A stretch of 63,904 nt of DNA, counting the filler, from an uncultured bacterium (GTDB lineage: Bacteria; Hinthialibacterota; Hinthialibacteria; Hinthialibacterales; Hinthialibacteraceae): the NCBI GenBank assembly GCA_964449065.1. It is 4 parts of 4 records of this genome, joined end to end, with 100 filler letters (N's around TTAATTAATTAA, not from the genome) between each part and the next. Parts side by side here need not be neighbours in the genome. Positions count along the whole stretch, not along the records: positions 52,068 to 63,904 come from CAYVAZ010000153.1; 3 more parts are not named here. One strand, 5' to 3'. This document shows positions 57,258 to 63,904 of the stretch, one piece after another. The position numbers were made by a program, and so were the translations under genes. The notes under the pieces are model-generated. The model saw nothing but the letters and a program-made list of their open reading frames with translations, was not told the DNA's origin and made no database searches. How positions within the stretch are numbered: the first letter of the stretch is position 1; every line of letters starts with the position of its first letter.

Positions 57258-59066
57258 TTATAAAGTCTGACGGCTCAACAACAATTGGTTGTACCGCTCC
57301 ACCATCCACTCTCCATCGGCCTGCAAACTCTTCACCGATTCCGGCCGGGGCCGCACCGCCCGCAGCTTCGAGGGCTCATCCACCAACGCTTTCAGGCAGC
57401 GGTACAAATCATCCGGGTCGCCCATCTCAAACAAAAAGCCGTTTTCGCCATCCTGCACCAACCCCGCCATCCCGCCGAACCGCGAGGTAATCACCGGCAC
57501 CTGCGCCAAAAACGCTTCATGAATGGTAATGGGAGAGTTCTCAAACCAAATCGAAGGCACAATCAACGCATCCGTGTTGGATAAAATCTTCGCGATCTCT
57601 TTGTTCTCCGCCCGCCCCCGCAAATGAATCCCCGGATGCGCGATCATATTCTTCACATTGGCCGCGTACCCCTGAAACTCATTCAACGCGCCATACACAT
57701 CCAGCACCACCGCATCGGCCGGCAGCCGGTTAAACGCTTCGATCAATACATGCAGCCCTTTGTGTTCAACCACCGTCCCAACAAAGGTGAACCGCAGCGG
57801 CAGTTTCGGCTCTCTCGGATCAAACGTCTCTTCCAAATCCGCAATGCCGTAATCCGAGAACACAATTTTCTCTTCCGGCATGCCATACTCTATAAACTTT
57901 TGCCGCAAAAACCGCGAGGGCGCGATAAACAAATCCACATCGTCAAACACCGCCAGCGCCGCCCGCGTTCGCCGGTCCACCATCTTGCGCAAACCACGCC
58001 GCTGCATTCCCGATAGAATTTTCTCCATCCACGCTGCCAGGCCCAAGCCGCTGCTGGGCTGATACGGCTCGCCATCGGCATGAACAATCCGCGGTTCCGC
58101 CCAACACGCCGTGGTGAAATCAATCTCCCCATGCGGATGCGCGGTTGTCTTGAACGACAAATCCACTTTCTGCTTTGCATACTTCGCTAAATTAACCGAA
58201 GCCGGGTGCCACCCCCGGTCTTTCTCATTTTCTTTCGCGTTGAGGGTTTGCTCAAAAAGCGTCTCTCCGTCACAAGCAATCTCAAACCGCACACCATCTC
58301 CTGCTTTGTCATACGTAACGGGAGCCATGGCATACGAAAACACCAGGGTCGATTCCGCCGGTATCGTGCATTGAAGGCTTACTTCAGCAGGGGGATGCGC
58401 AAACAACACCGGCCGCGCATCCCCGCCAATATCACACATCCCGGATGCAACAAAGTCCTTCTGCGGAGTTTGAATCTTTCCATTCAATAAAGTCGAAATC
58501 AGCGAGTTATCCTGTTTCGCGTCAATCCGGTTGAGCAAGCGTTTTACAATCCGCTGCCCCGCCCGCGCCGGAAACGAAAACCGCGAGATACACTGCGCGC
58601 ACAGGTTGGTATCCACATCATGGCAAACCTTTCCCGCCCCGCGAAAGCGTTGGCCGCCGCCCCGTGGACACGTCAGCCAATAATCATGCAGCGTGAACAC
58701 CACCGGAACCCCCCGTTCACGGCACAAGCGCGCGGTTCCGAACGACAATCCCAACATGTGATGATAATGCACCACATCCGGTTGAAAGCGGTCCAGCAAT
58801 TCTCCGAAGATGTGCTCGATTTGAGGATTGCAATACGTTTCTTCAAAAGAGGCATACCCATGATTGTTGACGATTTCCAAAAAAGGCAGGCCGTCATACT
58901 CATCTTCCCGCACGGAATAATTGTCCCGCCCGTGATCGATTTCCGTAAAACACAGCATGACATCATGCCCCATGCGCTGCAGCGTCTGGCTTAGGTGATA
59001 GCAATACAATTCAGACCCTGCCTGGTGATTGGGGAGAAAATCGTGAATGACTTGCAGGATCTTCAT
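57258..59066 (-). CDS. Glycosyltransferase family 4 with an inserted beta-sandwich domain
   Basis: AGSELY, TLHDYWLTCP, HKGLHVL and PSIWFENSPITIHEA motifs. About 130-aa insertion between the two Rossmann halves. Confidence 0.9.
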   Translation of the reverse strand: MKILQVIHDFLPNHQAGSELYCYHLSQTLQRMGHDVMLCFTEIDHGRDNYSVREDEYDGLPFLEIVNNHGYASFEETYCNPQIEHIFGELLDRFQPDVVHYHHMLGLSFGTARLCRERGVPVVFTLHDYWLTCPRGGGQRFRGAGKVCHDVDTNLCAQCISRFSFPARAGQRIVKRLLNRIDAKQDNSLISTLLNGKIQTPQKDFVASGMCDIGGDARPVLFAHPPAEVSLQCTIPAESTLVFSYAMAPVTYDKAGDGVRFEIACDGETLFEQTLNAKENEKDRGWHPASVNLAKYAKQKVDLSFKTTAHPHGEIDFTTACWAEPRIVHADGEPYQPSSGLGLAAWMEKILSGMQRRGLRKMVDRRTRAALAVFDDVDLFIAPSRFLRQKFIEYGMPEEKIVFSDYGIADLEETFDPREPKLPLRFTFVGTVVEHKGLHVLIEAFNRLPADAVVLDVYGALNEFQGYAANVKNMIAHPGIHLRGRAENKEIAKILSNTDALIVPSIWFENSPITIHEAFLAQVPVITSRFGGMAGLVQDGENGFLFEMGDPDDLYRCLKALVDEPSKLRAVRPRPESVKSLQADGEWMVERYNQLLLSRQTL

Positions 59067-61549
59067 GGGGATTCGGTGGGGCTCCTTTTTGGAATCATGC
59101 CGGTCTTGGCAAGGAATTTATAACTCGAAGAACGTTGGATTTGGTTCAGTTCGTCCATCATCGCCTGATAATGTTTCCGTTCGCGGATTTCGTTCAAGCA
59201 CAGTTCTTTCATCCCCTTCCAAAAGCGCTGGATCGCTTCCGGCAAACTCCCCAGTTCCTCCTCAAATTGCCGCATCAGTTGCGACGCATCTTCTTCACCA
59301 AAGTCCGGCTGATGCCGCCGCGGCAAAAAGGTATTGAAATACCACTGGCTGATCCGGTTTTCCATCCGCGAGTGATCGAGTTCTTCCTGCACTTGCTTCA
59401 CTTGTGTTTCCATCGATTGGATATGAGAAGATAAATTCTCCGCGTGCTGTACCAAGTTATTCTGATGCGCCTCTTTCTCGTTCATCATCGCGGTTAAATT
59501 ATCAATATGCTTCTGCACATTGCGGCTGTGTTCATCGTTCGCTTTCAGCATGTCTTCTAAATTGCCGATATGCTTCTGCAAACTCACATTTTCCGTCTGC
59601 GCGTCTTTTAGATATTGCTCTTGATTTTGGATATGGGTCTGTAATCCTTCAATCGATTTTTGTTTTTCTTCCAACAGTTTGGCCAGATTGCTGCCGTGCT
59701 CCTCCAGCCGCTGCACGCGCTCCCGGTCTTTTTGCCGGTCGGCATCTAAGTTTTTGGTATGATCCAATAAGTTCTGCTGCTGCGTTGTTTCGGCTTTTAA
59801 CCGCGCTTCCACATTCGCCAAATGGTCCAGCAGATTTTCGATCCGCTCTGCGCTCGATACCAATGCCGCGTCTTTTTCCCGCACCACATCATACGTTGAC
59901 AACGCCACCAACGCGGGAGACAGGTCCAGCGCTTTCCGCTGATCCGCCGCCGCGAATATTTTTTTTCGCAAATCTTCCAGCACATTCTCATTCAGCGGAT
60001 TGCGCGTTGCCAGCATTACCCAGCGGTACGAAGGTTCGCAGTTATCCAGCGGGTAATAACTCTGGTTGTAAACGGCATTCAACTTCCCGCGCGCGTCGTG
60101 CAGCTCCGGCGATACACCCAACGCGAACGTTGCCATTTGCATCAATACCCAGCGGGGCAAATACCCGTTGGGAAACTCAAACACCGAAAACCCCTTCGAT
60201 TCAAACGCCGTTCGGGTTTGATCACGGTTGGGCAATGAATATTCTTCATGTTCCGATAGAAACCGGTCGCTTTTGCCCAGCTTCACCGCGGAAAAATCGC
60301 GGAGAATCTCATCCGCCTCTTCCGCCTGCGTTTCGTCAAACGGGCAGGCCAATATCACGCAGTGCACCGCGACCCGGTACAACTCATCCAAAAAGAAGGG
60401 CCGCTGTTTGGGCGGTACATGCTCTAAGGTATCGATGCAAACCACCGAACTGAAACTGTTATCCGCAAACGGAAACTCTTTCCCTTCGTACCGCACCGAA
60501 TAGGGCGAGTCTTCAAACACCCGGTCCAGCACCATCACTTCCGGCTGCGGCACAAACTGGCGCAAATACCCTTTCGCCCCGCCCACATCCAGCACGGTCT
60601 TCTGCTGGTGAGGCAACGACTCAAGAATATCGGCCGCGATGCGGTAGCGTTGATAATGATCAAACGGCAGCGACCGGGTAAATGCCTCCCGCTCCACCGG
60701 CTCCGCGCTCCACTCCATCCGCAGCAAGGTCACGGCGTTCCCGTCCGTTTCAATCCGCAGCGAATGCCCGCCCGGCGGCAGCACAACCGTCTTCCAACGA
60801 TGCACCGTTTCCCCATGCTCTTGCGATGAGCCTTCATAGCGCAGCTTCAAATCGCCCAAAAACACATCCGGATTGTGGTTTTCTTGCAGCCGCAGTTTTA
60901 ACCGCGAACGCAACGGAGCCGTTCCGGCATTTAGCACGTAAAAAATACTGTCATCCTTTAATTGATTCGACAACAACGGCAACCGGGAAACGGTAATGAG
61001 ATTTCTATCGTTGGATGCAATCCTGGTATTGCAGGAGGAACGCTTGGCAATAAACGAAGCCTGTAAATTGGGAAACGCGCTGCAACCGGCTGGGGCGGCC
61101 AAAATTTCAAACCGGCTTTCCGATTCGCCAAACCGGATACAACCATGCGCATGAAGAGTGCGCAGCAAGGATATCCAATACGACGGCGGACGCAAATTCA
61201 GCGAGGCTTCCGAAAAATACAGCGGATCATACGAGGTCAAAAACAAAAATCCGCTCTGCTTCACCACCCGCAGCGCTTCTTGCAGCGTCTCCACCGGATT
61301 CTTTACATGATTGGTGATGTTGATAAGCGAAATCACATCAAACGAATGGTTCGCCAAGGATTGCAAACCGGCTTCCGTCGGCATCCCCTTTACTTCAATT
61401 CGCCGTTCAGCCGCTTCACCCGCACTGCCTACGCTGACAGGCTCACCCGCGTCCAGCCAGGTCACCGGCCGGTCGAAATATTGTTCCGCCAATTCAAACA
61501 TATCCTGCACGGTGTTTGAATCGGTTGATGGATTTGAATTTGCGTTCAT
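59063..61549 (-). CDS. Class I SAM methyltransferase domain(s) plus long coiled coil (WbdD-like chain terminator candidate)
   Basis: HYQRY, VLDVGGAKG, FPFADNSF and DTLEHVP motifs, a degenerate N-terminal MTase, and about 200 aa of heptad repeats. Confidence 0.8.
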   Translation of the reverse strand: MNANSNPSTDSNTVQDMFELAEQYFDRPVTWLDAGEPVSVGSAGEAAERRIEVKGMPTEAGLQSLANHSFDVISLINITNHVKNPVETLQEALRVVKQSGFLFLTSYDPLYFSEASLNLRPPSYWISLLRTLHAHGCIRFGESESRFEILAAPAGCSAFPNLQASFIAKRSSCNTRIASNDRNLITVSRLPLLSNQLKDDSIFYVLNAGTAPLRSRLKLRLQENHNPDVFLGDLKLRYEGSSQEHGETVHRWKTVVLPPGGHSLRIETDGNAVTLLRMEWSAEPVEREAFTRSLPFDHYQRYRIAADILESLPHQQKTVLDVGGAKGYLRQFVPQPEVMVLDRVFEDSPYSVRYEGKEFPFADNSFSSVVCIDTLEHVPPKQRPFFLDELYRVAVHCVILACPFDETQAEEADEILRDFSAVKLGKSDRFLSEHEEYSLPNRDQTRTAFESKGFSVFEFPNGYLPRWVLMQMATFALGVSPELHDARGKLNAVYNQSYYPLDNCEPSYRWVMLATRNPLNENVLEDLRKKIFAAADQRKALDLSPALVALSTYDVVREKDAALVSSAERIENLLDHLANVEARLKAETTQQQNLLDHTKNLDADRQKDRERVQRLEEHGSNLAKLLEEKQKSIEGLQTHIQNQEQYLKDAQTENVSLQKHIGNLEDMLKANDEHSRNVQKHIDNLTAMMNEKEAHQNNLVQHAENLSSHIQSMETQVKQVQEELDHSRMENRISQWYFNTFLPRRHQPDFGEEDASQLMRQFEEELGSLPEAIQRFWKGMKELCLNEIRERKHYQAMMDELNQIQRSSSYKFLAKTGMIPKRSPTESP

Positions 61550-61555
61550 CGCATC

Positions 61556-62773
61556 CTACTGATTGGGGATATGCTCCCAATGCGTGTCCATGGCTATCAT
61601 GCCGTGCTGATCGGTCATGCGTTCGCTGATAGTAAACCGGCACGCCCGTTCCCAATGATCCACCGCCTGCGGAAACGCCTGCTTGTGATTGTAGCAGCAG
61701 GCCGTGATGTAATAATCACCCGGCAGCAGAGGGATTCTGGGAATGCGGCAGCGCACGATGCCGGTCTCTCCCGGTTGGGTAAATTGTAGTGTCATCCCGT
61801 CATCCTGCCAATGATGATTCGACCCGTGCACGTAGGTTCCATCGCCGCGGTAAATCAAGCAGCCGAATACCGCCCCGTCAACAGTTTCATCGACCCGGTA
61901 ATGCAGCTCTAAATCAACCGCCTCAAAGGTATCAAACAAATACCCTTCTTCACCGCTTATATTTCGCATTAACGCCTTCTCAATCCTCACTTCACCCGAA
62001 CCCCAGCGCGGCGCTTCCGTCTTCTCGGCGACCGGAGCCTTTTTATCCTGATGCACCATCTCCAAATAGTGATCCAGTACCTCTTCCGGCTTGCCGCAGG
62101 CCAATAGTTTCCCCTGATCGATCAGCGCAACCCGCGAACAAAAATTGCGCACCGTCGCCAAATCATGAGAGACAAACAAAATCGTCTTTCCCCGCTTCTT
62201 ATAATCATTCATCCGGTCCAAACACTTATTGCGGAAATGCTCATCCCCCACCGCCAGCGCTTCATCCACAATTAAGATATCCGGGTCCACTTCCGTCGAG
62301 ACCGCGAACGCCAGCCGCAGCGCCATCCCGGTTGAGTACATCCGCACCGGCAAATCGATATACTCATCCAATTCCGAAAACTGGATAATACCGGGCAATA
62401 GCGCGTCCGTCTCTTCACGCGTATATCCATGCAGCGCGCAATTTAAATACACATTGTTCCGACCGGTAAAATCGGGGTGAAATCCAACACCAAGTTCCAG
62501 GATACTGGAGATCGAGCCATCCAAAGAAATCCGTCCGGTCGTCGGGCGTGAAATGCTGGTAATCAACTTTAACAGGGTCGATTTCCCCGCCCCGTTTTTT
62601 CCGATGATCCCCACCGATTCGCCGTGCATCACATCAAAACTGACATCTTGCAGCGCCCACAACTCCCGCCGCGGCTTGCACGGCAATCCCAGTAATTTCC
62701 CCACCCGCAGTGCCGGATTGCCGTAAATGGGATAACACTTTCCGATATGCTGAATTTCAATAATAGGTTTCAT
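61556..62773 (-). CDS. wzt: Polysaccharide ABC exporter ATPase with C-terminal Wzt_C domain
   Basis: GKNGAGKST, YSTGMALRLAF, VDEALAVGD, VSHD, RWGSGE linker and LLPGDY Ig-like tail. Confidence 0.93.
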   Translation of the reverse strand: MKPIIEIQHIGKCYPIYGNPALRVGKLLGLPCKPRRELWALQDVSFDVMHGESVGIIGKNGAGKSTLLKLITSISRPTTGRISLDGSISSILELGVGFHPDFTGRNNVYLNCALHGYTREETDALLPGIIQFSELDEYIDLPVRMYSTGMALRLAFAVSTEVDPDILIVDEALAVGDEHFRNKCLDRMNDYKKRGKTILFVSHDLATVRNFCSRVALIDQGKLLACGKPEEVLDHYLEMVHQDKKAPVAEKTEAPRWGSGEVRIEKALMRNISGEEGYLFDTFEAVDLELHYRVDETVDGAVFGCLIYRGDGTYVHGSNHHWQDDGMTLQFTQPGETGIVRCRIPRIPLLPGDYYITACCYNHKQAFPQAVDHWERACRFTISERMTDQHGMIAMDTHWEHIPNQ

Positions 62774-63341
62774 AGAAATGGATCCATTTTAATACTTCAA
62801 TGTTAGAACAGTTCAGCATTCGAAACAAAATAATTTGAGCCGCGCATACAATCCCTAAAAACAAACAAACAATGGCAAATCCATAGGCATTCTCCGCCAA
62901 GGGAATTCCGCCAACATTAATGCCCAACAAACCCGTCAATAAACTCAACGGCAAAAAGATCGCGGCCACCACCGTCAGCCAATACATCGCCTTGTTTAAG
63001 TTCTCCGCCATATAGGTTTCCAGCAAGTCTTGCGCGACCAACGCCCGCTCGCGGATCATATCCAAATCCTCAATCACCCGTAACAGCTGATCCGTGCATT
63101 CGCGGAAGCGGTTGCGGTGTTCATGATAAAACCACTCAATCCCGTCAAACTGCAAGCGCGTAAACACATCGCGCTGCGGCACCAAATACCGCCGCAATAT
63201 AACCGCCCGCCTTCGAATGCTGCCTAATGATTTGCGAAACTCTTTGTCCTGCGTTTCTTCAATGCGATCTTCCAATTCACTCAATTCATCGCTGACCGCT
63301 TCCATCACATGCTCAACCCGGTCGGTTAAGCCTTCGATCAA
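62757..63341 (-). pseudogene. 5'-truncated CorA/ZntB-family transporter
   Basis: RRYLVPQRD, FLPLSLLTGLLGINVGGIP (GIN motif) and 2 TM. N-terminal domain absent, C-terminus runs into wzt. Confidence 0.7.
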
Positions 63342-63660
63342 TTTTACTCAATGTTGTTGCAGCCGTATGTACCGAATCGCCCGGATACACATTCTATTGT
63401 GATGGCCAATACTATGTTCAAACGCAATCGAACGGTACCTCCGGCCCGGCGGGAGCTTCGTCCTCCCACAGCGCACATACGTTTGACACAGGCTTCAGTT
63501 CAATGATTCACTATGGTTTTGCTGCGTTTGCCTTAATCCGCTTGGTAACCACTGGAACCCCAACATATATATGAGATCAATGTATAGTGAGAGAGAAAAG
63601 AATCAATGTGAAGAACTAGCGCACTGACAGGAAAAACGTGTCGGGTAAGGTGAAAACCCT

Positions 63661-63687
63661 GCGGCTCGGCGGGAGCCTCGCCCTCCC
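63661..63687. repeat. REP-like unit CGGCTCGGCGGGAGCCTCGCCCTCCC
   Basis: A degenerate second copy CGGCCCGGCGGGAGCTTCGTCCTCCC lies at about 63442-63467. Confidence 0.55.
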
Positions 63688-63717
63688 AATTCAACCCGGC
63701 ATTAGGACTCTGTCGGA

Positions 63718-63904
63718 CTAGTTTAGTCTGTCAATCAAAAAATGGCGGCTGGCTACCGTTGTTTCCCCCCTTGTTAAGGGGGGCTAGGGGGGATCGATAC
63801 CCGCCAATAAAACGTTGACACTGTACTAGTACTCCGTCAATCAAAAAATGACGGCTGGCTATCCGTTGTTCCCCCCCTTGTTAAGGGGGGCTAGGGGGGA
63901 TCGA
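63718..63904. mobile_element. MITE family A, two tandem ~108-bp copies sharing a CTAG
   Basis: Unit is CTAG-TACTC(C/T)GTCAA ... CCCCCCTTGTTAAGGGGGG ... TTGACACTGTA-CTAG. Copies start at 63718 (degenerate left end) and 63826. A third copy is at 17344. Confidence 0.78.

Noticed and set aside
59404..60453. 349-aa + strand ORF
   Set aside because: It is a Pro/Arg/Ala-rich antisense shadow of the methyltransferase gene.
63718..63904. Possible CRISPR array or tandem-repeat locus
   Set aside because: Units are ~108 bp and similar along their whole length, with no unique spacers and no cas genes. No CRISPR array was seen anywhere in the window.

Overview
Bacterial draft-genome sequence that is probably four separate contigs joined by artificial 100-nt linkers (44 N + TTAATTAATTAA + 44 N at 17408-17507, 34818-34917, 51968-52067), plus one plain N gap at 3118-3217. 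Synteny across the linkers should not be trusted. Gene content (AFTLIELL pilin-like proteins, DUF1549/DUF1553 + DUF1501 pair, PQQ-propeller/malectin protein) suggests a PVC-like or OLB16/Sumerlaeota-like lineage; this is inference only. Segment 1 holds a toxin-antitoxin-rich island (MNT-HEPN, hicBA, vapB with nonsense-mutated vapC, ImmA/IrrE peptidase + 2TM protein), then hisC-like, wzm, ackA, hpf, a BvgS-like two-component system and tRNA-Phe. Segment 2 has two pilin-like genes, recO, GT4, STAS, a 951-aa secreted protein, ggt and aconitase. Segment 3 has mnmD, an NSS transporter with a small subunit missing from the ORF track, an M48 peptidase, pirin, proB, obgE and trkH. Segment 4 has the DUF1553/DUF1501 pair and a wzt-methyltransferase/coiled-coil-GT4 glycan export operon. 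The most notable observations are a shared C-terminal T-x-[VI]-x-x-[FW]-x-x-Y motif on two unrelated secreted proteins (candidate sorting signal), an HTH-less ImmA peptidase/2TM module, two diverged vapC relics sharing one identical stop-containing 43-bp block around hicBA, three MITE families each carrying a REP-like hairpin, and a ~155-nt structured intergenic element.
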